DNA of 64,000 nucleotides from Terrimicrobiaceae bacterium (GCA_044342325.1 JBIIPZ010000002.1:1-64000), one strand, 5' to 3'; shown: positions 36,702-47,216, counted from the stretch's first letter. Translations and numbers: made by a program. Notes: a model not told the origin generated them from the letters alone.

Positions 36702-38522
36702 ATGGAAAATATTCGCAACATCGCCATCATCGCACACGTCGATCACGGCAAAACGACACTCGTTGACCAGCTTCTCAAGCAGGCAGGAACCTTCCGCGCC
36801 AACCAAAAAACCGACGAGCGCATGATGGACTCGATGGATCTGGAGCGGGAAAAAGGCATCACCATTCGTGCCAAGAACGCTGCATTCCGTTGGAAGGATT
36901 ACCATGTGAACATCGTGGACACTCCTGGCCACGCCGACTTCGGCGGAGAGGTCGAGCGCATCATGAAAATGGTGGACGGTGTGCTCCTCGTGGTGGATTC
37001 GCACGACGGCCCGCAGGCGCAAACGAAATTCGTGCTGCGGAAGGCGATGGAAAATGGTCTCAAGCCGATTGTGGTCATCAACAAAATCGACCGCGAGAAT
37101 GCCCGCCCGCACAAGGTTCTCGACATGGTGTTCGAGCTTTTTATGGAACTCGGCGCAAGCGACGAGCAGCTCGACTTCCCTCATATCTACGCCAGCGCCA
37201 AGCAGGGCTTCGCCAAAAACGAAGTCACGGATTCCAGCGACAACATGGAGCCTCTCTACGAGGCGATCGTGAAACACATTCCGCCGCCACCAAAGCCTGA
37301 TGTGGACTTTTTCCGCATGCTCGTGTCGAACCTCGACTACAGCGACTACCTCGGCCGTATCGCCTACGGACGCATCATCAGCGGCAAGGTTGAGATGGGT
37401 CAAACAATCGTCTGCATTCACAAGGGTGGTCAGAAGGAAAAAGCCAAGATCACGGCGATTTTCTCCCACGAGGGCTTGGAAAAAGTGCAGGTCCAAGAGG
37501 CTTCATCCGGCGACATCGTGGGTATCAGCGGATTCGAGGAGATTTTTATCGGTGAGACGCTGGTGGACACCGAGGAACGCGAGGCCCTGCCATTTGTCGA
37601 GATCGATCCGCCTACGATCTCCATGAAAATCTGCGTGAACGACTCGCCGCTGGCTGGTCGTGAGGGAAAGCTTCTCACCGCGCGTCAGATTCGCGACCGC
37701 CTCATTCGCGAGACACGTGGCAACGTCTCCATCATGGTCGCCGACACCGATGTCGCAGGTCACTTTGATGTAAAGGCCCGTGGCGAAATGCAAATCGCCG
37801 TGCTCGTGGAGCAGATGCGCCGCGAGGGCTTCGAGCTTCTCGTTTCCCGCCCCGAGGTCATCTTCAAGCGTGCCGAGGACGGTTCCGTGCTCGAGCCTAT
37901 GGAGACCCTCTATGTCGATGTCCCGCCGGAGAACCTTGGCGACATCTTGCAAAACCTCGCCGGCCGCAAAGCCGAGATCGTGAATATGGAGCACAACCCG
38001 CACAGCGTCCTGGTTCAAGCCATCACGCCAACGCGTGGCATCATCGGCTTTGAAACCGATCTCGTGAACCTCACCAAGGGCCACGGCATCGCCAGCCACC
38101 TCTTCAAGGAATACGGACCGCACAAAGGCGAGATTCCAAGCCGCAATAACGGCGTGCTCGTTTCGATGGAAGGCGGCACCAGCATGGCCTACGCGCTGGA
38201 CAGCATCCAGGAGCGTGGTCGCCTCTTCATCGGGCCACAGGAGGAAATCTACGAGGGAATGATCATCGGCGAAAACGCCCGTCCCGACGACATGCCCGTA
38301 AATCCCTGCAAGGCGAAAAAATTGACCAACATGCGAAGCCAAGGTGACGGCAAGGGTATATCGCTCGCGCCTCCGATCGTGATGAGCCTCGAGCGCTCGC
38401 TCGAATACATCGCCCCCGACGAGTATGTGGAGGTCACTCCCAAATCGCTCCGTCTCCGCAAAAAAATCCTCGACGCCAACGCGCGCAAACGTGCGGAAAA
38501 ATCGGCCGGGGTTTTTGCCTGA
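36702..38522 (+). CDS. typA: Translational GTPase TypA/BipA
   Basis: IRNIAIIAHVDHGKTTLVD, DTPGHADFGGEVER, NKID, KKLTNMRS, VEVTPKSLRLRK. Confidence 0.97.
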   Translation: MENIRNIAIIAHVDHGKTTLVDQLLKQAGTFRANQKTDERMMDSMDLEREKGITIRAKNAAFRWKDYHVNIVDTPGHADFGGEVERIMKMVDGVLLVVDSHDGPQAQTKFVLRKAMENGLKPIVVINKIDRENARPHKVLDMVFELFMELGASDEQLDFPHIYASAKQGFAKNEVTDSSDNMEPLYEAIVKHIPPPPKPDVDFFRMLVSNLDYSDYLGRIAYGRIISGKVEMGQTIVCIHKGGQKEKAKITAIFSHEGLEKVQVQEASSGDIVGISGFEEIFIGETLVDTEEREALPFVEIDPPTISMKICVNDSPLAGREGKLLTARQIRDRLIRETRGNVSIMVADTDVAGHFDVKARGEMQIAVLVEQMRREGFELLVSRPEVIFKRAEDGSVLEPMETLYVDVPPENLGDILQNLAGRKAEIVNMEHNPHSVLVQAITPTRGIIGFETDLVNLTKGHGIASHLFKEYGPHKGEIPSRNNGVLVSMEGGTSMAYALDSIQERGRLFIGPQEEIYEGMIIGENARPDDMPVNPCKAKKLTNMRSQGDGKGISLAPPIVMSLERSLEYIAPDEYVEVTPKSLRLRKKILDANARKRAEKSAGVFA

Positions 38523-38538
38523 CGCATCGCTTCCTTTG

Positions 38539-38571
38539 AAAAGCCCGGAGCCGCAAGCTCCGGGCTTTTTT
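38539..38571 (+). terminator. Rho-independent (likely bidirectional) terminator
   Basis: AAAAGCCCGGAGC-CGCAA-GCTCCGGGCTTTTTT. Confidence 0.9.
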
Positions 38572-38625
38572 GCGTTTTTCGACCCGCATCATGGGCGCTC
38601 CGAACAGATTTCCAAGGGCCACGGG

Positions 38626-39312
38626 TTGACTCGGGGCAGCTCATGGATTATTTCGAGGCGCAATGGAGGAGCCACCATTACAGCCTCACAAAAAATCGCC
38701 CGTCTCGTGGGAGCAAGCAGTCGCGCAATTCAAGCGGCACAACCCAGCACATCCGCCTGGGATGCCGAAGTGCAAGCCATCCGCGACGAGAAAAGCATAC
38801 CTTGGAGAAATCTTGGGAAGTTTGGACCTCCAGACACGATAGCTTCCGAACATCTCGTCTGGTTCCAAGACGGCATGGTTTTCAAAGCCACGGCCTACGA
38901 TCGGTTTGGACACTCCATTGACAAGGGGCTCGGCAAAGCCACTCCGCTGGAATACCTCAGGCGAATTGCTGCGAGCAACGAAGCGTTCAATGATTCCGCA
39001 ACGATCGTCGGAAAATTCGAAAACGAAAATGGGAGCTTGGGATTTATCCACGCGCAGGACTTCATCGCAGAGAATGCGGCGGGCGCATTTCACGCAACAC
39101 CGGAGCAACTCATCAAATTTTTGGAGTCGCACGGGTTCTTGCCATCAGAAGGCCACTTTTCAAAATACGAGGTCTGGGCAAATGCCGATCTGGGGATCGA
39201 GCTAGCCGAATTCCACTCAGGGAATGTAATTTTAAACAGCGAGGGGATGGTTGTTCCAATCGACATCGTTGTCCACAAATTCGATCCCACAAAAGGCGTC
39301 GACTTTTTTTGA
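38626..39312 (+). CDS. Polyvalent-protein-type Ser/Thr kinase-like protein (Kinase-PolyVal); start uncertain
   Basis: EHLVW..VFKAT, ATPLEYLRRI...NEAFND, ATPEQLIKFLESHGF, EFHSGNVI..G.VVPID. In-frame TTG at 38626. Confidence 0.65.
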   Translation: MTRGSSWIISRRNGGATITASQKIARLVGASSRAIQAAQPSTSAWDAEVQAIRDEKSIPWRNLGKFGPPDTIASEHLVWFQDGMVFKATAYDRFGHSIDKGLGKATPLEYLRRIAASNEAFNDSATIVGKFENENGSLGFIHAQDFIAENAAGAFHATPEQLIKFLESHGFLPSEGHFSKYEVWANADLGIELAEFHSGNVILNSEGMVVPIDIVVHKFDPTKGVDFF

Positions 39313-39338
39313 ATCAGCGGCCCACATAATCACCTGCC

Positions 39339-40118
39339 ATGAACCTCGTTTATCTCGACGAATCAGGAAACACCGGAACGAACCTCTCCGACCCGCAGCA
39401 GCCTGTCTTCGTCCTCGCTGCGCTCATCGTTCCCGAATCTGTCTGGCTGGATCTCGAGAAGCGACTGGTCGAGGCCATTGAGAACTTCTTCCCCGAGCGC
39501 CCGCCCGATTTTGAGGTCCATGCAAACCAACTCCTCAACCCGCGTGGATTTTTCCGCGCATTTCCCATGGCCCACCGCCTGGAATTCTACCGAACTTGGC
39601 TTTCCATCGCTGCCTCGCTCCGGCTACGCCTCGTGAGCCGAGCCATCGTTAAAAAACGCTACGCCCAATGGCTCCTTGAGACTTACGGTCCTGGCGTCGC
39701 CATCAACCCACACAATGTCGCCTTCGTCCTCACCGCGCAGGTCGTAAACGAATTTCTTCGCGCTACGCCCGGCTCTCCGCTCGGAATACTGATTTCCGAC
39801 GAGAACCACGAGGTCATGCCCGACATTGAAAAATCCATCCGTCTCCTGCGCGGCGAAGCCGGCTGCCTCCGGCTGAGCCAGATCGTAGAAAAGGGTTTTT
39901 TCATCGAGTCGCGAAAAAGCCACATCTTGCAACTCTGTGACCTCTGCGCCTACGCCATCCGAAGGAGCGAGGAACAAAAAACAGGTCACGCCGTGAAAAC
40001 TGCCGAGTTATCGATCATCCCTTGGGTTGAACCCCTTCGCCACACTGCCGAGGAGCCCATGCTTGATGTCCTCGCCTGGCTGGACACTCAACAAAAAAAG
40101 GAGCGGCCAGGGAGATGA
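39339..40118 (+). CDS. DUF3800 domain protein (RNase H-like fold)
   Basis: N-terminal YLDESGNTG, EVHA, ISDE, C-terminal SHILQLCDLCAY. Confidence 0.85.
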   Translation: MNLVYLDESGNTGTNLSDPQQPVFVLAALIVPESVWLDLEKRLVEAIENFFPERPPDFEVHANQLLNPRGFFRAFPMAHRLEFYRTWLSIAASLRLRLVSRAIVKKRYAQWLLETYGPGVAINPHNVAFVLTAQVVNEFLRATPGSPLGILISDENHEVMPDIEKSIRLLRGEAGCLRLSQIVEKGFFIESRKSHILQLCDLCAYAIRRSEEQKTGHAVKTAELSIIPWVEPLRHTAEEPMLDVLAWLDTQQKKERPGR

Positions 40119-40159
40119 ATCTCGGCAACGGAAAAGGTCCGAAGCACACTGGTCGCTCT
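40100..40159 (+). ncRNA. Candidate DUF3800-associated structured RNA (three-way junction)
   Basis: P1 40101-40110/40149-40158 (10 bp, one GU). P2 GAGA-TGAA-TCTC. P3 GC-AA-CGGA-AAAGG-TCCG-AA-GC. Confidence 0.5.
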
Positions 40160-40304
40160 CAATCAAATTATCACTACAGACCGATGGCACAACAGAATAT
40201 TTATTAAGAGAACACAAGTCGCTCCCAGTGCCCCTGGCCGGATTCGCGGAAAGGATTGACGCGCCCGCCGCGCTCACCCAGTATCCTCGCTCTTTTCACA
40301 TTTC

Positions 40305-40781
40305 ATGCGTCATACCATATCGATTCTCGTTGAGAACAAATTCGGCGTGCTGACCCGCGTGGCGGGCATGTTCAGCGGTCGCGGATTCAATATCGACACT
40401 CTCAATGTCGGCCCCACTTTGGACGCCTCGGCCTCCCGCATGACGATTGTGGTGCGCGGTGACGACAAGGTTCTCGAGCAGGTCACGAAGCAACTCGAGA
40501 AGCTCGTGGATGTCATCGATGTCCAAGATTTCCGCGACGAGGAGTATGTGGACCGCGAGCTCGTGCTGCTCCGCGTCAATGCCACTTCCAAGACCCGCGC
40601 CGAGGTGATGCAGATTTGCGATATTTTCCGTGCGAAGATCATCGATGTCCAAGCCGAGAAGCTCGCTATCGAGGTCACCGGCACCGAGAACAAGATCAAC
40701 AAATTTCTCAGCCTCATGGAAGGCTTCGGTATTAGCGACCTGACCCGCACCGGCAAGATTGCCCTCGCTCGCGCCAATTAA
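40305..40781 (+). CDS. ilvN: Acetolactate synthase small subunit
   Basis: MRHTISILVENKFGVLTRVAGMFSGRGFNI, QLEKLVDV, RTGKIAL. Confidence 0.95.
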   Translation: MRHTISILVENKFGVLTRVAGMFSGRGFNIDTLNVGPTLDASASRMTIVVRGDDKVLEQVTKQLEKLVDVIDVQDFRDEEYVDRELVLLRVNATSKTRAEVMQICDIFRAKIIDVQAEKLAIEVTGTENKINKFLSLMEGFGISDLTRTGKIALARAN

Positions 40782-40823
40782 CCCCACACGACACTCAACC
40801 CAACACTAAAAAACCAAACAACC

Positions 40824-41855
40824 ATGCCAGCCAAAATCCTCACCGACAAAGACGCCGACCTCAAATTTTTCAAAGGAAAAACCCTCGCGGTCCTCGGCTT
40901 CGGCTCCCAAGGTCACGCCCACGCTCTGAACCTGAAAGAGAGCGGATGCAAAGTCATCATTGGTCTCTATCCGAAGTCCAAGAGTCGGGCAGTCGCTGCC
41001 GCTCAAGGCTTCGAAGTTTTTGACACCGCCGAGGCCGTGCGCCGCGCGGATGTGATCATGGTTGCTATTCCCGACACTAAGCAACCCGCCGCCTACAAAG
41101 CCGACATCGAGCCGAACCTCACTCCCGGCAAGACGCTTGTCTTCAGCCATGGCTTCAGCATTCACTACAAGACCATCGTTCCGCCGAAGAATGTGAATGT
41201 GATCATGGTCGCTCCAAAAGGACCAGGCCATATCGTTCGTCGCCAATACACCGAAGGCAAAGGCGTGCCGACCCTCATCGCCGTTTACCAAAACCCCGGC
41301 AAGGATGCGAAAAAGATCGCCCTTACCTGGGCCAAGGGCATCGGCGGCACACGCGGTGGCGTGATTGAGACGTCTTTCAAAGAAGAGACCGAGACAGATC
41401 TCTTCGGCGAGCAGACCGTTCTCTGCGGCGGCGCCTCCGCGCTCGTCCAAGCGGGATTCGAAACCCTCGTCGAGGCCGGCTACTCACCCGAGATGGCCTA
41501 CTTCGAGTGCCTCCACGAGCTGAAGCTCATCGTCGATCTCATGAACGAATCCGGTATCGCCGGCATGCGTTTCTCGATCAGCGAAACCGCCAAGTGGGGC
41601 GATGTTGCCGTTGGACCAAAAATCATCGACTCCTCGGTGAAGAAGCGCATGAAAGCTGCTCTCAAAGACATCCAGACCGGCAAGTTTGCCAAGGAATGGA
41701 TCAAGGAATACGAGGGCGGCTACAAGCGCTACAACGCACTCCTCAAGGAAGGCGAGAAACACGGCATCGAGAAGACTGGCGAGCGTCTACGCGGCCTCAT
41801 GCCATGGATCAAAAAGCGCAATCTCAAAGGCACCCAAGCCTCCTATTCGAACTAA
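40824..41855 (+). CDS. ilvC: Ketol-acid reductoisomerase
   Basis: [46 protein letters not shown]. Confidence 0.97.
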   Translation: MPAKILTDKDADLKFFKGKTLAVLGFGSQGHAHALNLKESGCKVIIGLYPKSKSRAVAAAQGFEVFDTAEAVRRADVIMVAIPDTKQPAAYKADIEPNLTPGKTLVFSHGFSIHYKTIVPPKNVNVIMVAPKGPGHIVRRQYTEGKGVPTLIAVYQNPGKDAKKIALTWAKGIGGTRGGVIETSFKEETETDLFGEQTVLCGGASALVQAGFETLVEAGYSPEMAYFECLHELKLIVDLMNESGIAGMRFSISETAKWGDVAVGPKIIDSSVKKRMKAALKDIQTGKFAKEWIKEYEGGYKRYNALLKEGEKHGIEKTGERLRGLMPWIKKRNLKGTQASYSN

Positions 41856-41870
41856 AAACTTCTCATTCCT

Positions 41871-42821
41871 ATGGCCGAGACCACCTCACAACCCATCAGC
41901 GTCATCACAGGCGGTGCGGGCTTTTTGGGCTCACACCTCACCGACCGTTTGCTTGCCGAGGGCCATCGCGTCATCGCGATCGATAGCCTCATCACTGGCA
42001 ATGTCGCGAACATCGAGCATCTCGCTGGGAACAAGAACTACAAATTCATCTGCCACGACGTCACCGACTTCATCTACATCCCAGGTAAGGTCGATTATGT
42101 TTGGCATTTTGCGAGTCCAGCCAGCCCGATCGACTACCTGCGCATTCCGATTCCGACTCTCAAAGTCGGCTCGCTCGGAACGCACAACGCGCTCGGTCTG
42201 GCTAAGGATAAAGGCGCGGCTTTCATCCTCGCCTCTACCTCCGAGTGCTACGGCGATCCGCTCATTCATCCGCAGACCGAAGACTACTGGGGCAATGTGA
42301 ACCCCATCGGGCCGCGTGGCGTTTACGATGAAGCCAAGCGCTTCGCGGAAGCCATCACCATGGCCTACCACCGCTATCACGGCATGAATACGCATATCGT
42401 TCGTATTTTCAATACTTACGGTCCACGCATGCGCCTTGATGACGGACGCGTCGTGCCGGCTTTCATCGGTCAGGCGCTGACCGGTCAGCCACTCACAATA
42501 TTCGGAGATGGATCCCAGACCCGTAGTTTCTGCTATGTTTCGGATCTCATTGATGGAATTTTCCGGTTGATGATGAGTGATTTCCACGAGCCAGTGAACA
42601 TCGGAAACCCGCGTGAGATGACGATTCGTCAATTCGCCGAGGAAATCCTGCGCATCACTGGCGCAGCCTGCCAGATCGAGCACAAGCCGCTCCCAGTGGA
42701 TGACCCTAAAGTGCGCCAACCCGACATCACTCGTGCCAAGACGATCCTCGGCTGGGAGCCGAAGGTCGACTTCGACAAAGGTATTCGCGAGACCATTGAA
42801 TTCTTCCGTGGCCGCGTTTGA
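41871..42821 (+). CDS. UDP-glucuronate decarboxylase family (SDR)
   Basis: [48 protein letters not shown]. Confidence 0.93.
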   Translation: MAETTSQPISVITGGAGFLGSHLTDRLLAEGHRVIAIDSLITGNVANIEHLAGNKNYKFICHDVTDFIYIPGKVDYVWHFASPASPIDYLRIPIPTLKVGSLGTHNALGLAKDKGAAFILASTSECYGDPLIHPQTEDYWGNVNPIGPRGVYDEAKRFAEAITMAYHRYHGMNTHIVRIFNTYGPRMRLDDGRVVPAFIGQALTGQPLTIFGDGSQTRSFCYVSDLIDGIFRLMMSDFHEPVNIGNPREMTIRQFAEEILRITGAACQIEHKPLPVDDPKVRQPDITRAKTILGWEPKVDFDKGIRETIEFFRGRV

Positions 42822-42859
42822 GATTTACTTAAATCCTATATCCGAATAACACCCTCACC

Positions 42860-43525
42860 ATGAGAAAAAGTTTGTTCCCCGCGACAATCCTTCCTGCCTT
42901 GTTCCTTGCCCTCTGTGGCATTTCGGTCCAAGCCCAGGTCAAGTCGGAATTCACCATCAAAAAAATCGAACCCGCGCTTGTTGAAACGCCGCAAATTTCG
43001 GCCGGCACCTACCGCAAGCAGCAACCGGGTGCGGCACGGCCGACTCCCTGGCTCGAGGTGGATGTGAATTTCGAGCGAGACGAGGTATCGAAGGAAGCGT
43101 CGAAGTTCTCCGATGATCTCACGGTGAATTTCTACATCCTTCTCAACAACGCTGCGATCAGCGAGGATAAGCAATCCACTCTTCTCACAGGCAGCACCAC
43201 GATTTCCGATGTGCCCTACGGCAAGGGACTTCATGCCGCCGCCTTCGTTGCTCCCCAGACCCTTTCTCGTTATTTTGACGGCAAGGCACCGACCACCATT
43301 CAGCAAACCATCATTGATGCGGGCGTCACCATTTCAGATTCCACCGGCGTGGTTGCCATTTCTTCGTTCAAGAGCGCCGAAGTCGCCAAGCAAGGCAAAG
43401 GTTGGTGGGAATCCGAATCCGGCATGACCAAAGTGACTGGCCGCGTTCTGGAAAAGAGCCAGACTCCCTTCGCGCCGCTAGCATGGGATTACTACCTGCC
43501 CTCGAAATCCAAAGCAGCCAACTGA
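42860..43525 (+). CDS. Amuc_1102-like pilus-associated secreted protein
   Basis: Signal peptide, WLEVDVNF, C-terminal KSQTPFAPLAWDYY; first gene of the cluster. Confidence 0.7.
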   Translation: MRKSLFPATILPALFLALCGISVQAQVKSEFTIKKIEPALVETPQISAGTYRKQQPGAARPTPWLEVDVNFERDEVSKEASKFSDDLTVNFYILLNNAAISEDKQSTLLTGSTTISDVPYGKGLHAAAFVAPQTLSRYFDGKAPTTIQQTIIDAGVTISDSTGVVAISSFKSAEVAKQGKGWWESESGMTKVTGRVLEKSQTPFAPLAWDYYLPSKSKAAN

Positions 43526-43537
43526 TCCGACCCAACG

Positions 43538-45280
43538 ATGGCCCGTCCAGCACGCATTTTCACTCTCAACCTCGGCATGCAGACCGTGAGCATGGCGGAG
43601 TTTCAGGAATTGCCTGCAGGCGGATTGAAGCTGGTTGCTCTTAAAACTTCCGACCTCATCGTCGATCCCTCTGCAGACGCCACGCGCAACAGCCAGATCG
43701 AATCTGTCGCTGCGGAACTCCGCGCTGCGCTCAAGGCTCCGAAAAACGCCAAAACCCATCTTTGCCTCCCCTCGCAAACCGTCTTCTCGCGTTTTGTGAA
43801 ACTGCCTGGCGCCACGGCCAACGATGTCGAGTCGATTATTGGATTCGAGGCCCAGCAGAATGTGCCATTTCCGATCGATGAGGTTGTCTGGGATTATCAG
43901 ATCATGGGCGATCGCCGAGGCGAAACATGGGATGTCGCGATCGTGGCCATGAAGGCGGATCAGCTCAACGAAGTCGTCGATGCCGTGGGCAAGGGAGGCA
44001 TCGCCTCAGCTAAAATCGACTTCGCACCGACCGCTCTTTTCAACTCCTTCCGCTACAATTATGCCGATGCCAAAGGCTGCTCGCTCCTGCTGGATCTTGG
44101 GGCCCGCACGACAAACCTCGTCTTCATCGAAGACAACCGCCTCTTCAGTCGCAGCATCCCCATCGGAGGAAATACGGTCAGCGCAGCGATCGCCAAGGAA
44201 TTCGCGCAGGAAATAACGCTCGCTGAAAAGCTCAAACTCGAGAAAGCCTCCGTGGGACTCGGCGGAGCTTATGCCGAATCCGAAGACCCCACCGAAGCCC
44301 GCCTCGCCAAGGTCACCCGGAATACGATGACCCGCCTCCATGCGGAAATCGCTCGTTCGATCAATTTCTACCGCACCACCCAAGGCGGCACCACTCCGAT
44401 GCGGGTTCTCATCTGCGGCGGCGGCACGGGCCTCCCCTACATGACGGAGTTTTTTGCTGAGAAACTTCAGGCTCCTGTGGAGTATTTTAACCCCTTTCGA
44501 AATGTTCAGGCCGCGCCAGATGCCATCCCTCAGGGCGTAGCCCATTGTGCTTCAGGCCTCGGCGAGTTGGTCGGTTCTGCGCTCCGTTCCCTCAAGAATT
44601 GCCCCGTCGAGATCAATCTCACTCCTCCGAGCGTGCGCCAGGCTCAGCTTTTTGCGAAACGAGTTCCCGCTTTGGCAATAGCGGCGTTGTTTTTCATTCT
44701 TACCCCAACCCTCTGCTGGCTTGATCTTGATGAATCCGCACTACGCATCAATGAAAGAGTGGAGAAGCAAACGGCCGAAGTCGCCCGACTCGATGGCCTT
44801 TCCAAAGGAATCTCCTCCGCGCTGGCGGAACGCGACAAACTCGTAGCGGAAGCAGCTCCTTTCCTTGCTCTTGCTTCCGAGCGCTCCGTCTGGGCTTCTA
44901 TTCTCGATGAACTCGCGGCGACCATTCCGCCGCGCTTCATCTGGGTCACGCAGATCAAGCCAGTTGAGGGCGTCATCATTGCTCCTGAGCCGACACCTGC
45001 CCCCGGCGCGAAGGCTCCTCCCAAGCCGGTGACACCCGTTTCTGGCCCAAAAGCGATCACAGCCATCGAAATCAATGGACTCTACTTGGACAACCCACCC
45101 AACGCGGAAGGGGCCGGGGTCATTGACAAATTTTTCGAGAATCTGAAACCTTCGTCTGTCTTCGCAATCGGTGACGACGCTTCGAAAATCATCACTCGCC
45201 GCACGACGCCCACCGGCGAGGCCTGGGCCTATGGCTACACCTTGGTCCTGCCGCTCAAGCAGCCTCTCATCTTGCCATGA
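43538..45280 (+). CDS. pilM: PilM-like actin-fold ATPase with PilN-like C-terminus (Amuc_1101 family)
   Basis: FEAQQNVPFPIDEVVWDYQI, LDLGARTTNL, RSIPIGG, EIARSINFYR, then a TM helix and coiled coil. Confidence 0.85.
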   Translation: MARPARIFTLNLGMQTVSMAEFQELPAGGLKLVALKTSDLIVDPSADATRNSQIESVAAELRAALKAPKNAKTHLCLPSQTVFSRFVKLPGATANDVESIIGFEAQQNVPFPIDEVVWDYQIMGDRRGETWDVAIVAMKADQLNEVVDAVGKGGIASAKIDFAPTALFNSFRYNYADAKGCSLLLDLGARTTNLVFIEDNRLFSRSIPIGGNTVSAAIAKEFAQEITLAEKLKLEKASVGLGGAYAESEDPTEARLAKVTRNTMTRLHAEIARSINFYRTTQGGTTPMRVLICGGGTGLPYMTEFFAEKLQAPVEYFNPFRNVQAAPDAIPQGVAHCASGLGELVGSALRSLKNCPVEINLTPPSVRQAQLFAKRVPALAIAALFFILTPTLCWLDLDESALRINERVEKQTAEVARLDGLSKGISSALAERDKLVAEAAPFLALASERSVWASILDELAATIPPRFIWVTQIKPVEGVIIAPEPTPAPGAKAPPKPVTPVSGPKAITAIEINGLYLDNPPNAEGAGVIDKFFENLKPSSVFAIGDDASKIITRRTTPTGEAWAYGYTLVLPLKQPLILP

Positions 45281-46215
45281 ACTGGTTTAAACAAAACCCC
45301 ATAGCCTTAGTGCTCCTGCTCGTAGCCGTCATCGGCACGGGAGCCACTTCGTATTTGGCGGTGGATGCCCAAACGCGACGAGACGAAGCGCAGGCGAACC
45401 TTGATTCGCAGCTCCAAAAGCTCAAACAATTTCAAAATCAAAAACCCTTCCCCACCGAGCAGAGCCTCAAGGCCATTAAGGAAAGTCTTGAAGAATACCG
45501 CTCCGAACTCGGCAAATATCGCACCGCACTGGCCTCGATGGAGGCGACCCTCAAGCCGATCAATCCCCAGGAATTTCAGGATGATCTTCGCAAAGCGGTC
45601 GATGAATTGAGGAAAACCGCAATCGAGAAGAGCGTCACCCTGCCAGACAACTTTTTCTACGGATTCGATGAATATCAGGCCGCTCCGCCATCCCAGCAGG
45701 AAGTCGGGGAACTCAATCGCGAGTTCGGCATTATGCGCCGGATCGCGGATGAACTCGTTGGCCTGAAAATCGGCTCCATCGGTTCTCTCAAGCGGCAGGA
45801 AATCGTCGCCCAACCGCCAGCAACGACGCCTGCGCAACCCGCCAAGCCAGGCGCCACACCAGAGTCCAAGGCCCCGTCCATTTCCACCAAGACATTCACC
45901 ATCACCTTCACTGCGCCCCAAGAAAAACTCCTCACGGCTTTCAATATGATCCAAGATGCGGACGAATTTCTCCTCATCCGCTCACTCACACTGGATAACA
46001 CCAGCCCACAGCCTCCGCTGCGCACCCAATCGGGTGAGGCCTCGACATCCCCCGGCCTGCCGGTTCCAGGCGCTTCGGTAAAGAATGCCGATACCATTCA
46101 AGCTATCCTTGGCCGCGAATCCGTCACGGCCAGCTTGACCATTGAAATCCTCGACTTTCCGGATTGGGAATCCAAGCCGCCGGCCCAGTCGAACGTCACC
46201 CCTCCGCCCAAGTAA
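45277..46215 (+). CDS. Amuc_1100-family pilus-like protein (PilO-like position)
   Basis: MNWFKQN plus TM helix, coiled coil, FQDDLRK...LPDNFFYGFDEY, ILGRE; synteny. Confidence 0.7.
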   Translation: MNWFKQNPIALVLLLVAVIGTGATSYLAVDAQTRRDEAQANLDSQLQKLKQFQNQKPFPTEQSLKAIKESLEEYRSELGKYRTALASMEATLKPINPQEFQDDLRKAVDELRKTAIEKSVTLPDNFFYGFDEYQAAPPSQQEVGELNREFGIMRRIADELVGLKIGSIGSLKRQEIVAQPPATTPAQPAKPGATPESKAPSISTKTFTITFTAPQEKLLTAFNMIQDADEFLLIRSLTLDNTSPQPPLRTQSGEASTSPGLPVPGASVKNADTIQAILGRESVTASLTIEILDFPDWESKPPAQSNVTPPPK

Positions 46216-46220
46216 AGTCT

Positions 46221-47210
46221 ATGAATTGGGTTAAACAAAAATACGACATCCTCCTTCTCGCAGTCGCCACTTTACTGCTGGTATCCAACGCCGGTTGGAT
46301 TGCGATGAATCGTATGGAGCCGGTTCAGGTTCAGGCCGCCCTGACAGTGCCAAAGGAAAATGCAATTCCTTCCTTAGACCTTGATGCCGTTCGCCAAGCT
46401 GCCGCGCTTGCTGATTCTCCAGCGAAGTGGAAATCCAGCTCCGATCTCCCGGCCGGAACTCCAGAGCGAGGTTCCTTGCTCGTCTCCCGCCGCTACCTCC
46501 TCAAGGATGGCAAACTCATCGACCCTCTCGCGGAAGGAAGTGACCAGCTTCACCCTCCGATCACCAACGATTGGTTGCTCGCCAACGGACTCGACTACAC
46601 TGACATGAACATCAAGGAAAAGGACGCCGACGGTGACGGGTTCTCAAACCTCGAGGAATTCGAAAAAAAAACCAACCCGAACGATCCTAAAGAAGCTCCG
46701 GCATCCTTAAACAAACTTAAACTCGTTGGATTCAAGCCAGTTCCTTTCCGACTGGAGTTTAAAGGCGATCCTTCGGGCGAAGGCAAGGAATTTCAGATCA
46801 ACCTCAAAGATTTGAAAGGAAGCGCCCGCAGCCAATACCGCAAAATTGGCGAACAAATTGAAGGCGCTCCTTACAAAATTCTGAAATACGAGTTCAAGGA
46901 AGGCCCTAATGAGCGTGGCGTCACTGTGAACCTCTCTGAACTTACTGTTCAAAACACAGAAACTGGCGACACAATCATTCTCATCTTCAACAAAGAAGCA
47001 AACGATCCCACCTCCTTCGGCACATTTCGTAACCTCCTCGCACTGGGAGATGCGGACTTCACTCTTAAGAAAGGCGAGGAATTCACCATTAAGCCGGATA
47101 CCACCCGAAAGCTGAAACTCATTGACATCACAGCCACGAAAGCTCAAATACGAGACATCTCTACCGGAGACATCTTCTCCGTGAATGCGACTGATAGCTC
47201 ATCTCCCTGA
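46221..47210 (+). CDS. Amuc_1099-family pilus-like system protein
   Basis: MNWVKQKYD plus TM helix, LHPPITNDWL, DADGDGFSNLEEF..KTNPND. Confidence 0.75.
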   Translation: MNWVKQKYDILLLAVATLLLVSNAGWIAMNRMEPVQVQAALTVPKENAIPSLDLDAVRQAAALADSPAKWKSSSDLPAGTPERGSLLVSRRYLLKDGKLIDPLAEGSDQLHPPITNDWLLANGLDYTDMNIKEKDADGDGFSNLEEFEKKTNPNDPKEAPASLNKLKLVGFKPVPFRLEFKGDPSGEGKEFQINLKDLKGSARSQYRKIGEQIEGAPYKILKYEFKEGPNERGVTVNLSELTVQNTETGDTIILIFNKEANDPTSFGTFRNLLALGDADFTLKKGEEFTIKPDTTRKLKLIDITATKAQIRDISTGDIFSVNATDSSSP

Positions 47211-47216
47211 TCTGAA

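Noticed and set aside
40305..41855. Missing ilvB as evidence of disruption by the upstream cassette
   Set aside because: No ilvB remnant is visible and split ilv operons are common, so this cannot be judged from the window.
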